64,000 bases of DNA from Clostridia bacterium (lineage in GTDB: Bacteria; Bacillota; Clostridia; Oscillospirales; Acutalibacteraceae): positions 4,895-68,894 of the forward strand of contig JAFQKF010000021.1 in assembly GCA_017397105.1 (NCBI GenBank), in the 5' to 3' direction. A program made the position numbers and the translations under genes. Each line of letters opens with the position of its first letter. Position 1 is the first letter of the stretch. Of the stretch, positions 18,849 to 29,038 are shown piece after piece. Below the pieces are notes generated by a model. It had not been told where the DNA came from. It did no database searches and worked only from the letters and a program-made list of their open reading frames with translations.

Positions 18849-19646
18849 TTACGCATCAAGCGCCGACAATGCGTCTTTGAGCACTTTAAGACTCTGAGGT
18901 GCTTGAGCATCAAAATCGGTGCACGCCGCCTCAACCGCACACCTGCCGCACTGTGCAACAAGAGCATTGCTGAGGAAGGGTTTCTGGTCGTAACCGTCAC
19001 CCTCAAGAGGGAAAATCCTTTTATGCTCGGGGTCAAACGGATTTGACGTATGAGTATGCACAAGCAAGCCCTCAAGCTCTTTAAGATACTCAAAGCTCTC
19101 ATCCACACAAACCATATGATAAAGATCAGCAAGCACTTTAAGATTAGCGCTGCCCGTTTCTTTTACAACTTCCACCGCTTCGTGCACGGAATTGAGAATA
19201 TTTGTTTCCTCATACCTGAGCGGCTCGAGTGCGATTAAAATACCGTACTGTTCAGCCATGGGGCAGATTATTTCCTTGAGCTTTCTTACAAGGGTTGCCC
19301 TGCCCTGCTCTGCACTGACACCCTCAGGGATACGCCTTGCACCACCCGAGCCGAAAACTATTGTATCAATGCCGAGTTTTTTCGCTCTTGGCAGAAGCAC
19401 CGAAAGATAATCAACAGTAATTTTATCGTCACTTTCGGGGTCCGAAACCCTTGTTTCACCGGGCAAAAAGCAATTTGCGGTAAGAACGGGAATACCGATT
19501 TCTTTGGATTTTGCAAGACACACTTCAAAATCCTCATCACTCATTGAGGCAATGCCGCCGCAGTTGCTCTCAACAAAATCATAGCCCATAGCCTTGCACT
19601 TTTCGTACTTTGCAACGTCTGTTCCGCAACACATTCCTATTTTCAT
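18849..19646 (-). CDS. Sugar-phosphate isomerase/epimerase family (xylose isomerase-like TIM barrel)
   Basis: GYDFVE, VFGSGGAR, ALEPL, ADLYHM, HTH, AVE metal-ligand pattern. Confidence 0.85.
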   Translation of the reverse strand: MKIGMCCGTDVAKYEKCKAMGYDFVESNCGGIASMSDEDFEVCLAKSKEIGIPVLTANCFLPGETRVSDPESDDKITVDYLSVLLPRAKKLGIDTIVFGSGGARRIPEGVSAEQGRATLVRKLKEIICPMAEQYGILIALEPLRYEETNILNSVHEAVEVVKETGSANLKVLADLYHMVCVDESFEYLKELEGLLVHTHTSNPFDPEHKRIFPLEGDGYDQKPFLSNALVAQCGRCAVEAACTDFDAQAPQSLKVLKDALSALDA

Positions 19647-19661
19647 TTACGGCACCTCGCT

Positions 19662-21332
19662 TTAATTCTTAATACCTGCAGCATTAAGAAGCTCTTCAGC
19701 AGATTCAAGCTGCAACGAAGTTGCTTCAAGGCCGCTCATAATACGCGCAAGCTCGTACTTTCTCTGTTCAAAATCAAGCACGCTGACCTGCGTATAAGTT
19801 TTATTATCTTCAACAGATTTACTTATTTTCAGGTGAGAATCAGCCCCTGCGGCAATCTGAGCCAGATGCGTAACACAAATGACCTGCCTGCCGTCGGAAA
19901 CCTCCTTAAGCTTCAGAGCAATTTTCTGAGCAGCTCTGCCGCTTACTCCCGCATCAACCTCGTCAAAAATCAGGGTTGCTATATCATCCTTTGCGGAAAT
20001 GACGTTCTTAATAGCAAGCATAGTTCTTGAAAGCTCACCGCCTGAAGCAATCTTTGCAAGAGGCTTCGGAGTTTCACCCGCATTTGCGCTTATCAGGAAT
20101 TCAACCGTATCTGCGCCCTTTGAAGAATAGGATGCAGGTCTGATATCAACAATAAATCTGACGTTTGGCATATCGAGAAAGCTGAGTTCTTCGCAAACCC
20201 TTTTCTCAAACATCCTTGCAGCTGTTTTTCTGCTGTCGGTAAGCTTTGCTGCAAGCTCCTTGAGATTCTCGGACAGCTCAACCAGCCTCACCTCAAGCTC
20301 CTGCGCTTTTTCGTCACAGTGAACTATCTTTTCACGCTCAAGCTTCATTGCCTCAAGATTGGCAAGCACGGTCGCTTCATCGGCACCGTACTTATGAGTA
20401 AGCCTGAAAATAATATCCAGCCTTTCATCAATCTCGGCAAGCATTTCGGGATTGTAATCAAAAGAATCGCGCAAAGAACGAACCTGCGCAGAAAGGTCGG
20501 CAAGCCCGTAATAAAGCTCCTTTGCACTTTTTGCGGCACTCTCCGCCTCGGGTGAAATTTTAGCTGCATTTTCAAGCAACTGCGCACAGCTCTGGAGCGC
20601 ATCCACCGCCCCTGCACCGTCATCCGCTCCCAAAAGAGCGGCATATGCGGCATTGTATGCTTTAAGCACCTTCTGCGAATTCAGACACAGATTCTTCTTA
20701 ACGACAAGTTCATCTCTCTCCCCCGCCCGTAAAGCTGCTTTTTCGATTTCATCAATCTGAAAATCAAGCAGCTCAAGCTTTGCCGCCTTTTCATCCTCAT
20801 TGGTATAAAGAGCCTCGAGCTCCTTTTTAACCCTGACAAGCTGAGAAAAACAGCTTTTATACTCATCCCTCAGAGCGCCGTTTTCAGCAATGGAATCAAT
20901 AAATCCGCAATGCTTATCGGGAGCAAGAAGCGCCTGACTGTCATGCTGACCGTGAATATTAACAAGGCGTTCTCCGATTTTTTTAAGCATCGAAACCGTA
21001 GCAGGCGCACCGTTTATGCGGCAGGTGTTTTTGGAATCGCTTATTACTCTTGTAAGAATCAGCGTTGAATCCTCACAGGATGCGCCGATTTCTTCAACAG
21101 CATCCTTTACCTGCTGAGAAACGTTCTCAAACACAGCGGTGACGCGCGCACTCTGAGCACCCGAACGGATAAGCTCCCTTGAGGTGCGTTCACCGAGAAC
21201 AGCATTGATTGAATCAATGATTATCGATTTACCGGCACCCGTTTCACCAGTGAGCACGTTAAGCCCCGGGCTGAAAGAAATTTCCGCCTGCTCGATTATT
21301 GCGATATTTTCAATTTTGAGGCTGTAAAGCAT
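19662..21332 (-). CDS. recN: DNA repair protein RecN
   Basis: TGETGAGKS, IHGQH, coiled coil, ASGGELSR, FDEVDAGVSG, VTHLAQIA. Confidence 0.97.
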   Translation of the reverse strand: MLYSLKIENIAIIEQAEISFSPGLNVLTGETGAGKSIIIDSINAVLGERTSRELIRSGAQSARVTAVFENVSQQVKDAVEEIGASCEDSTLILTRVISDSKNTCRINGAPATVSMLKKIGERLVNIHGQHDSQALLAPDKHCGFIDSIAENGALRDEYKSCFSQLVRVKKELEALYTNEDEKAAKLELLDFQIDEIEKAALRAGERDELVVKKNLCLNSQKVLKAYNAAYAALLGADDGAGAVDALQSCAQLLENAAKISPEAESAAKSAKELYYGLADLSAQVRSLRDSFDYNPEMLAEIDERLDIIFRLTHKYGADEATVLANLEAMKLEREKIVHCDEKAQELEVRLVELSENLKELAAKLTDSRKTAARMFEKRVCEELSFLDMPNVRFIVDIRPASYSSKGADTVEFLISANAGETPKPLAKIASGGELSRTMLAIKNVISAKDDIATLIFDEVDAGVSGRAAQKIALKLKEVSDGRQVICVTHLAQIAAGADSHLKISKSVEDNKTYTQVSVLDFEQRKYELARIMSGLEATSLQLESAEELLNAAGIKN

Positions 21333-21353
21333 AACTTAAACCTCTTCAGTTAA

Positions 21354-21806
21354 TTATTTTGAAAGAATTTCGTTGATGGCGTCCTTCATTTTTGAGGAAG
21401 CCTCCTCGGTTTTGCAAAGGGCAAAAATCGTATCGTCACCTGCAATTGTGCCTACAAGCCCTTCCCAGTGCATGGAATCAAGAGCCGCGCACGCAGCCTG
21501 AGCCATACCTACGTAACATTTTACGGCAAGCATATTGCCTGCATTATCCGCAGAAACAACGGAGTGTTCAAAAATGCTCCTGTACTTACCTACAAGCTCG
21601 GTTGAGTCACCCATATCCACGGCATAACGGCTCACTCCGCTTTCGTCAACCTTTTTGACGAGGCGAAGCTCTTTGATATCCCTGGAAACGGTAGCCTGAG
21701 TTGCGTCAAATCCGCACTCCCTGAGCTTTTCAAGTAAATCTGCCTGAGTGGAAAGAGAATTTTCCTCGATGAGCTTGAGAATCAGTTCATGTCTTTTCTT
21801 TTTCAC
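21354..21806 (-). CDS. argR: Arginine repressor
   Basis: TQATVSRDIKEL, GTIAGDDT. Confidence 0.95.
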   Translation of the reverse strand: MKKKRHELILKLIEENSLSTQADLLEKLRECGFDATQATVSRDIKELRLVKKVDESGVSRYAVDMGDSTELVGKYRSIFEHSVVSADNAGNMLAVKCYVGMAQAACAALDSMHWEGLVGTIAGDDTIFALCKTEEASSKMKDAINEILSK

Positions 21807-22664
21807 TTAGCGTACATCCTTTCTGTGTGCAAGCTTTGCGCCTAAAATATCTATAAAATTATCGGATTTAATCCGAATAAATTCCGCTTTGTATTCTGCC
21901 TTTGAAATTACCGCCCTGCTGTCAGGCTCAATATCAAGAGTTTCTCTGCCGTCAAGCAAAACACGCAGAGGATTACTTGATGCGGATGAAACCGTAAGCA
22001 CGGCATCGGGTCTGAGAATCAAAGGACGATCAAAAAGAGAATGTGAGCAAACCGGAGTAAGCAAAATACTTTCAAGCTCAGGGTCAACGACAGAGCCGCC
22101 GGCAGAGAGTGAATATGCCGTTGAGCCCGTTGGTGTTGCCGCAAGCACTCCGTCGCAAAGATAACTGCTGATAAGACGGTCTCCGAGGTGAACGTTTATA
22201 CTCTCCATACGAAGCCCTGTATTGCGTGAAATGTAAGCATCGTTTACGCAGTAGTTACAGCTTATCTGCTCATCCCCACGCATAACGCACGCCTTGAGCA
22301 TCAGCCTTCTGTCCACAGTGTATTCTCCGCTGATAAGCCTTTCAAGCAAATCAAGCTCGTTTTCTTCAAGACCTGCCATAAACGCAAGCCTTCCTGCGTT
22401 TATTCCGAGTACAGGTTTACCGACGGAAGCGGATTTTTTGGCGGCATGGATAATTGTTGCATCACCGCCGACGGCAATTACGGCATCACTTTTAATGATT
22501 GCATCGCTTATTGCCTTGCCGTATTCATCGGACAGAATATCACCGCTCTCCCCCTGAATTGGTAAAAGACACTGCGCTCCGAGTTGGGAGAGTTTGTCAC
22601 AGATTCTGTTGGTTAAAGCCTTTGCACCCTCACGGGAATAGTTAGGCAAAACAGTAAATATCAC
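21807..22664 (-). CDS. nadK: NAD kinase
   Basis: GGDAT (variant of GGDGT), GINAGRLAF, ND, DGVLAATPTGSTAYSLSAGG; conserved position between tlyA and argR. Confidence 0.92.
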   Translation of the reverse strand: MIFTVLPNYSREGAKALTNRICDKLSQLGAQCLLPIQGESGDILSDEYGKAISDAIIKSDAVIAVGGDATIIHAAKKSASVGKPVLGINAGRLAFMAGLEENELDLLERLISGEYTVDRRLMLKACVMRGDEQISCNYCVNDAYISRNTGLRMESINVHLGDRLISSYLCDGVLAATPTGSTAYSLSAGGSVVDPELESILLTPVCSHSLFDRPLILRPDAVLTVSSASSNPLRVLLDGRETLDIEPDSRAVISKAEYKAEFIRIKSDNFIDILGAKLAHRKDVR

Positions 22665-22676
22665 CCTGACACCCCC

Positions 22677-23489
22677 TTACTCTTTATCAAGCGCCCGATG
22701 AGAGGCGTCAGACAGCCCGTTTGCGCCGCCTTCCCATATAAACTGAGGATTTTCTGATTTTTCAATATACAACAGGTATTCAATATTACCCTCGGGTCCT
22801 TTTACGGGAGAAAAATCTGCCGCAATAACGTCAAATCCCGATTCAAGAGCAAAATTGCAGATTTCATCAATAACTCTGGCGTGTACGTCTTTATCTTTAA
22901 CAACACCTTTTTTGTTAAGATGCTCCCTGCCTGCTTCAAACTGCGGCTTGATAAGGCACACAGCCCTGCCGTTTGCCTTAAGGAGCTCACGCATCACAGG
23001 CAGAATTATTTTAAGCGAAATAAACGAAACGTCCACGCTTGCGAAATCAATTTCCTCGGGAATCTGCTCCCTTGTGCAATAGCGGAAATTCGTTCTTTCA
23101 AGATTTACAACACGCTCGTCACAGCGCAATTTCCACGCAAGCTGACCGTATCCAACGTCAATGGCATAAACTTTAACTGCGCCGTTCTGAAGCATACAAT
23201 CCGTAAATCCGCCCGTAGAAGCACCTATATCCATGCACCTGAAGCCGTCAAGCTTAATGCCAAAGCTCGACATCGCCTTGGCAAGCTTTAATCCTCCGCG
23301 GCTTACGTAGGGATTAACCGCTCCCCTGACTTCAATAACGTCCTCAGCTTTAACGGATGCGCCGCCCTTAAGAGCCTTCATGCCGTTAACGTAGACGCTG
23401 CCTGCCATAACAAGCGCCTTTGCTTTTTCTCTTGTTTCGGCAAAACCCCGCTCAAAAACAGCAACGTCAAGCCTTACTTTATCACTCAC
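22677..23489 (-). CDS. tlyA: TlyA-family rRNA methyltransferase
   Basis: S4 domain, YVSRGGLKL, DIGASTGGFTD, DVSFISL, IKPQFE, GNIEY. Start is GTG 23489 or 23498. Confidence 0.95.
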   Translation of the reverse strand: MSDKVRLDVAVFERGFAETREKAKALVMAGSVYVNGMKALKGGASVKAEDVIEVRGAVNPYVSRGGLKLAKAMSSFGIKLDGFRCMDIGASTGGFTDCMLQNGAVKVYAIDVGYGQLAWKLRCDERVVNLERTNFRYCTREQIPEEIDFASVDVSFISLKIILPVMRELLKANGRAVCLIKPQFEAGREHLNKKGVVKDKDVHARVIDEICNFALESGFDVIAADFSPVKGPEGNIEYLLYIEKSENPQFIWEGGANGLSDASHRALDKE

Positions 23490-25362
23490 AGCAGTCACCT
23501 ACCGTATCAAAATCATTCTTTATAAATTCAACCATAGCATCGCAGTCAAGACCGCAACGCTCAAGCTGTTGAGATACACTTTCATGCGGTACAAATCTGT
23601 TTTCCACCGCACGAAGGCAGAACCTTCCTTTGTATCCCTTTTCAAGAAGCATAAGCGCAAAGCCCTCGCCTGCACCGCCGCTTCTTACACCCTCTTCATA
23701 AAAATATATTCTGCCGCAATCCGCAACGCTCTGCACACACTCTTCATCAAGAGGTTTTATAACATTAAGCTTCACGGCTTTAATATCAATCCCTTGTTGC
23801 ACAAGTCTGTCAACCGCCTCGCACGCAAACGAAAACATTCTGCCGTAGGTTACGATTGCCGCCGATGCATCCGCATGGGGATATACGTCATAAACCGATT
23901 TCTTTTCAATACCATCGGGAATCCGGAGCTCACCGGAGCGAGGATAACGTATCACAACAACACAGTCATCTTTGTAAAATGCGTTGTAAAGCGCATTGCC
24001 GAGCTCCTGATAGGTGCACGGAGAATAAATCTTTACGTTCGGGACACCCGAAAGCATTGAAACATCATAAATACCCTGATGTGTTTCACCGTCGTTCCCT
24101 ACAAATCCGGCTCTGTCAACGGCTATTATCATTTTTCTGCCCTGAAGAGCAGCATCGTGCACAACCTGATCGTAACAACGCTGAAAGAAGGTGGAATACA
24201 CCGCAAAAACAGGGATAAATCCGCCTGCGGCAAGACCTGAACAGAAAGTCAAGGCGTGCTCCTCAGCAATTCCTACGTCAAAAAATCTTTCAGGGAATTC
24301 AGCGGCAAAGCGTTCAAGACCCGTGCCGATTCCCATAGCCGCCGTCACGGCACAGATACGCTTATCCTTGGCTGCAAAAGCCGAAAGCAACTCGCCGAAT
24401 TTTTCAGAAAAAGAATCCCCTGCAATAGTCGATTCACCCGTACGGGTATCGAAACGTGAAACACCGTGAAATTTCTCAGGTGAATTCTCCGCAAAATCAT
24501 AACCCTTGCCCTTAAGGGTGTTTACGTGGAGCAAAACGGGCTGATTTACAAGCTTTGCGGCATCCATTGCTTCACAAAGCTGAGTTATGTTGTGACCGTC
24601 AACAGGTCCGATATAACGAAAACCCAGATCCTCAAAAAACGAGCTTGAGTAAATGAGATTTTTCAACGCAGTTTTAAGCTTGAATATATGGTTACTCACA
24701 GCTTTTCCCACAAGCGGAATTCTGTTGAGTGTTTTTTCCGTGCCCGCTTTGAAACGGTAATACTCAGGCTTTGCGCGCACAACCGCAAGATGCCTTGCAA
24801 GAGAGCCGACATTTTCGGAAATGGACATTTCATTATCGTTAAGCACAACTATAAGGCGGCTGAACTTTGAGCCTGCCGCATCAAGTGCTTCATACACCAT
24901 CCCGTTGGTAAACGAGCCGTCACCTATAACGGCAACAGCATAATTCTTATTGCCCTTTAACGCATTTACCGCCGCTACGCCTGCCGCCTGAGATACGGAA
25001 ACGCCTGCGTGACCCGAATAAAACAGATCGTGCTCGCTTTCATCAGGTCTGGTAAAGCCCGAAATTCCGTCCTTCTGACGAAGGGTTGAAAAACGGGAAT
25101 ACCTGCCCGTAAGAAGCTTGTGAGTATAGCTCTGGTGGCCGACGTCCCATATAACGGAATCTTCGGGGGAATTAAAGGATTTATGCAACGCAACAGTCAG
25201 CTCAACCGTGCCGAGATTTGACGCAAGATGACCGCCCGTAACAGAAACGGTTTCAATCAGCTTTGCCCTTATCTGAGAACAAAGGATTTCGAGCTCCTGC
25301 TCGCTCATCCCTCGCACGTCGGCAGGGCATTTTATATTCTTAAGAAGTTCGTAATTTTCCAT
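23482..25362 (-). CDS. dxs: 1-deoxy-D-xylulose-5-phosphate synthase
   Basis: GGHLASNLG, WDVGHQSY, GDG...NDNEMSI, GIAEEHA, YSTF, DRAG, DGETHQG, RYPR. Confidence 0.97.
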   Translation of the reverse strand: MENYELLKNIKCPADVRGMSEQELEILCSQIRAKLIETVSVTGGHLASNLGTVELTVALHKSFNSPEDSVIWDVGHQSYTHKLLTGRYSRFSTLRQKDGISGFTRPDESEHDLFYSGHAGVSVSQAAGVAAVNALKGNKNYAVAVIGDGSFTNGMVYEALDAAGSKFSRLIVVLNDNEMSISENVGSLARHLAVVRAKPEYYRFKAGTEKTLNRIPLVGKAVSNHIFKLKTALKNLIYSSSFFEDLGFRYIGPVDGHNITQLCEAMDAAKLVNQPVLLHVNTLKGKGYDFAENSPEKFHGVSRFDTRTGESTIAGDSFSEKFGELLSAFAAKDKRICAVTAAMGIGTGLERFAAEFPERFFDVGIAEEHALTFCSGLAAGGFIPVFAVYSTFFQRCYDQVVHDAALQGRKMIIAVDRAGFVGNDGETHQGIYDVSMLSGVPNVKIYSPCTYQELGNALYNAFYKDDCVVVIRYPRSGELRIPDGIEKKSVYDVYPHADASAAIVTYGRMFSFACEAVDRLVQQGIDIKAVKLNVIKPLDEECVQSVADCGRIYFYEEGVRSGGAGEGFALMLLEKGYKGRFCLRAVENRFVPHESVSQQLERCGLDCDAMVEFIKNDFDTVGDCCE

Positions 25363-25368
25363 GTTTAT

Positions 25369-26271
25369 TTAATTGCTCCTGCCGCAAAGTTCATCCGCAA
25401 GCTGCACAAGAAACTGAGAATTTTCAAATCCGCTCACAGCAGCCTTAGCTTTTTCGGTAAGCTCGGCGGCATAGCGCTTTGACTCCTCAAGCCCGAGGCA
25501 TGAAACGTAGGTGGATTTATTCTTATCGGCATCACTGCCGATAGGTTTACCGAGCTCTTCTTTATCGCCCGTAACGTCAAGAATATCGTCAACAATCTGG
25601 AACGCAAGACCTATCGCCTCGCAGTATTCACAAGCCTTTGAAAGCTGTTCATCGCTTGCGCCTGCCGCAATACAGCCCATAACCGCACTCACCCTGATGA
25701 GCTCGCCGGTTTTGCGTTTATCGGTTTCGGCTATATCGGTAAGAGCAGCCTGTCTGCCTTCGTTTGCAAGGTCCATAACCTGACCTGCAATCATGCCCGA
25801 TGCTCCTGCCGCTTTTGCAAGTTCAAGAGCCGCTTTCACTCTGACTGAAAAATCAAGAGAAGAATCAGACAAAGCAGTTTCAAACGCAAGAGTAAGAAGA
25901 GCATCGCCTGCAAGTAAAGCATTTGCATAACCGAACTTCACGTGGCTTGACGGTTTGCCGCGGCGCATATCGTCATCATCCATACACGGCAAATCATCAT
26001 GTATGAGCGAATAGGTATGAATCATCTCAACCGCACAGGCAAGAGATACCGCAGACACTGCATCACCCGAAAAAAGGCGGCAGAATTCAAGTACAAGCAC
26101 GGGACGGATTCTTTTTCCGCCGTTACTCAGTGAATATTCCATTGCCTCAAGCATTGCCGAAAGGCCCTCGGATTCTCTGCCTGCAAAAGAAGATTCCGAT
26201 ACATATAAAGCAAGCTTTTCGTTAATCAGCGCCACGTCGGCATTGAGTATGCTTTTAAAATCAGTCATCAC
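25369..26271 (-). CDS. ispA: Geranyltranstransferase / FPP synthase
   Basis: GGKRIRP, LIHDDLPCMDDDDMRRG, GQ, KT, FQIVDDILD. Confidence 0.95.
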   Translation of the reverse strand: MMTDFKSILNADVALINEKLALYVSESSFAGRESEGLSAMLEAMEYSLSNGGKRIRPVLVLEFCRLFSGDAVSAVSLACAVEMIHTYSLIHDDLPCMDDDDMRRGKPSSHVKFGYANALLAGDALLTLAFETALSDSSLDFSVRVKAALELAKAAGASGMIAGQVMDLANEGRQAALTDIAETDKRKTGELIRVSAVMGCIAAGASDEQLSKACEYCEAIGLAFQIVDDILDVTGDKEELGKPIGSDADKNKSTYVSCLGLEESKRYAAELTEKAKAAVSGFENSQFLVQLADELCGRSN

Positions 26272-26464
26272 CCTGCTCTCCCTTCAGGGAAAAGCTGGTG
26301 ATTTTAAGCTCTGCTTCATCAAGAGCCTTTGAGCATTTAGCGGCAAGGGAAGTGCCTTCCTCATAAAGCTTCATCATTTCCTCAAGGGAAAGCTCGGAGT
26401 TTTCAAGCTTGTGTGCAATCTCTTCAAGTCTGTTTACCGCTTTTTCATAATTGAACTTTTCCAT
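26261..26464 (-). CDS. xseB: Exodeoxyribonuclease VII small subunit
   Basis: YEKAVNRLEEI...LSLEE...YEEG...AELKI; ATG overlaps the xseA stop. Confidence 0.93.
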   Translation of the reverse strand: MEKFNYEKAVNRLEEIAHKLENSELSLEEMMKLYEEGTSLAAKCSKALDEAELKITSFSLKGEQGDD

Positions 26465-27669
26465 CAGTTTTCCTTTCCCGTAACTCGGCACTCAAGAGTA
26501 CCGTGAGCAATTCTGACATTTATTAAATCGCCGTCACACACGTCGGAGGTATTTTTGATTATTTTGCCTTCCTTTGATGCAACCGCAAAGCCTCTTGAAA
26601 GAATTTTGAGAGGACTCATTGCATCAAGCTTTGCGCACAGGGAGGCAAGTTTTACGTTCTTTTGAGCCAAATCGGCTTTCACCGCCGAATCCATAGCCAT
26701 GATTGCCGTATCACACTTTACACGCAAATCCGATATGTGCATAGCCGGAGAATTTTTTTCAATTTTTGCCGTGAGCAAAGCAACTGCGTGCTTCTGCTCA
26801 GAAAAACGGGAGTTAATGCCCGAGCGCAATCGGGCAAGATACTTATAGATAAACTCCTTTTGCATTGCCGCATCCGGCACGGCAAGCTCCGCCGCCGCAG
26901 ACGGCGTTGGCGCTCTCAAATCCGCCACAAAATCGCAAATGGTAAAATCCGTTTCATGACCGACTGCCGAAATAACGGGGATTTCGCTTGCATAAACGGC
27001 TCTTGCCACTATTTCTTCATTAAAAGCCCATAAATCCTCTATGGAGCCGCCGCCCCTGCCGAGGATTATAACGTCCGCCGCTTTGTGTGCGTTCATCGCA
27101 TTGAGCGCCTGAACTATTTCGGGCGCCGCACGGTCACCCTGCACGGTAACCGGACAAAACACCATTTCCGCTGCCGGGAAGCGCCTTGAAAGCACGTTTA
27201 TGATATCCCTTACCGCCGCTCCCGTAGGTGACGTTATAACACCTACCCTTGAGGGGCAGAAGGGTATTTCTTTTTTATTTTCAGCATCAAACAGTCCCTG
27301 TGCCTCAAGCCTTGCCTTCAGCTGCTCAAAAGCAACGCTCAACGCACCTGCACCGTCAGGCTGCATATCGTCAATATAAAGCTGATACTGCCCGTCACGT
27401 TCAAAAACGGACACCCTGCCCTTTACGATAACTCTCATGTTGTTCTCAGGTGTGAACTTAAGACGTTCATTTGCAGAGCGGAACATCACCGCTTTTATTG
27501 CGGCAGTTTCATCTTTAAGGGTCATGTAATAGTGACCTGTTTTATAGTGATTTGTAAAATTGGAGATTTCACCGCAGACAAATACGCTCTGCAGATTGAA
27601 ATCGCCGTCAATCAAAGATTTTATATACCTGTTAAGCTGACTTACGCTGAGAACAGCAGAAGTGCTCAT
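26464..27669 (-). CDS. xseA: Exodeoxyribonuclease VII large subunit
   Basis: GEISN, TSPTGAAVRD, RGGGSIEDLWAFN, SAVGHETD, APTPSAAAE. Confidence 0.97.
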   Translation of the reverse strand: MSTSAVLSVSQLNRYIKSLIDGDFNLQSVFVCGEISNFTNHYKTGHYYMTLKDETAAIKAVMFRSANERLKFTPENNMRVIVKGRVSVFERDGQYQLYIDDMQPDGAGALSVAFEQLKARLEAQGLFDAENKKEIPFCPSRVGVITSPTGAAVRDIINVLSRRFPAAEMVFCPVTVQGDRAAPEIVQALNAMNAHKAADVIILGRGGGSIEDLWAFNEEIVARAVYASEIPVISAVGHETDFTICDFVADLRAPTPSAAAELAVPDAAMQKEFIYKYLARLRSGINSRFSEQKHAVALLTAKIEKNSPAMHISDLRVKCDTAIMAMDSAVKADLAQKNVKLASLCAKLDAMSPLKILSRGFAVASKEGKIIKNTSDVCDGDLINVRIAHGTLECRVTGKEN

Positions 27670-28604
27670 TGCTTTTTTCTCCTCTCATAAGCAAGCAGAG
27701 CGGTACCTGCGGCATTGTCGCAGGAAAATTCGGGCGCAGCAAAAAATCCCGAATACTTCTTCACAAGCTCGTTTCTGATTATGGAATCGGACACAACTCC
27801 CCCGGCATACAGCAGAGGAAGCTTGCCGTATTTTTCAATTGCAAAGGCGGTCATTTTATCAAGCGCAGCCGTTATGCAGTCAATGCAGAATCTTGCGATA
27901 TCACATTGATTCTCTCCACCGTCAAGCATCTTTTTGCACTGATTCTCAACACCTGACAAGCTGCAGCAACCGTCCTTAAAATAGACCTTGGGCTTGTACT
28001 TTTTATCACTTTGCAATGCGAGTTTCTCAAGATGCACTCCGCACGGAAACGGCAAACCCATAAGAACTCCCGCACGGTCAACAGCCTGCCCTGCATTAAG
28101 GTCAAGCGTTTTGCCGATAATTTCAGCGTTGAAGCCGTCACGGTCATCGGGAGTTACAAACAGCATTTCGGTAGTACCGCCCGACACGTGAAAGGCTATA
28201 AATTCACTTTTATGAAGCTCTTCAAACTTGCCGCAGGAATAAAGCGCCGCCGCTATATGACCGCACTGGTGCGAGAATCCGTAAACAGGCACACCGCTTG
28301 CAGCCGCAATGCAATGAGCAGCATTAACACCTACGGAAAAACAAGGCATATAAGAGCCCTGAGCATTCCTCGGCTTTACGGAAACACCAACAGCATCAAC
28401 CGCTCCGGGTGAAACGGCAAAAAGCTCCTCCACAAGCTCCCAAAGCTGAACAGTATGATGAAAAACCGCATCACTCTGGCGAAGCCCTTTTTCGCCGCTC
28501 TTTACAGGCAGCAGTTTTTTACGCTGAATCAGCTCTCCGCTCTCACTGTCATAAAGAGCGGCAGAGGTGGTGTAATTGCTTGTATCAATACCAAGTATAC
28601 GCAT
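27666..28604 (-). CDS. TsaD/Kae1-like (peptidase M22 family) paralog
   Basis: GIDTSNYTTS, HQCGH, SGGTTE, AGQAVDR, AGGV, DNA. Canonical TsaD GIETSCDET and GGVVPE are absent. Confidence 0.85.
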   Translation of the reverse strand: MRILGIDTSNYTTSAALYDSESGELIQRKKLLPVKSGEKGLRQSDAVFHHTVQLWELVEELFAVSPGAVDAVGVSVKPRNAQGSYMPCFSVGVNAAHCIAAASGVPVYGFSHQCGHIAAALYSCGKFEELHKSEFIAFHVSGGTTEMLFVTPDDRDGFNAEIIGKTLDLNAGQAVDRAGVLMGLPFPCGVHLEKLALQSDKKYKPKVYFKDGCCSLSGVENQCKKMLDGGENQCDIARFCIDCITAALDKMTAFAIEKYGKLPLLYAGGVVSDSIIRNELVKKYSGFFAAPEFSCDNAAGTALLAYERRKKQ

Positions 28605-29014
28605 TATTCAACGGCACTTTCGATATTTCTTGCCACCGTGCCGAGGATACCGTTAACGAAAGAATACTCCTCTTCCGAAGCATACTTACGGCAAAGCTCA
28701 ACCGCTTCGTTTATGGAAACGCTTGCAGGAATATCCTCTCTGCACAGCATTTCACATATAGCAAGGCGAAGAACGGCAAGGGATACTCTTGAAATTCTGT
28801 TTTTACGCCAACCGATTGCATATTTTTCAATCAAAGCGTCAATTTCCTCAAGCTTGTCCCACGCCTGAATCGCAAGAGAATTTGCAAACTCATCATCTTC
28901 GATGGTGCCGAATTCGATATTCATATCAATTATTTCTTTCATGCTGTTATCTGCATGAAAGGATTTTTCAAACAGCAGAGCAAAAGCCTGCTCTCTGGCT
29001 TCTCTTCTTGTCAT
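28604..29014 (-). CDS. nusB: Transcription antitermination factor NusB
   Basis: MTRREAREQA, W...RI, LRLA, INEAVEL, FVNGIL; ATG 29014 after GGAGGG. Confidence 0.95.
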   Translation of the reverse strand: MTRREAREQAFALLFEKSFHADNSMKEIIDMNIEFGTIEDDEFANSLAIQAWDKLEEIDALIEKYAIGWRKNRISRVSLAVLRLAICEMLCREDIPASVSINEAVELCRKYASEEEYSFVNGILGTVARNIESAVE

Positions 29015-29038
29015 AAAGCCCTCCGTCACATATAAATC

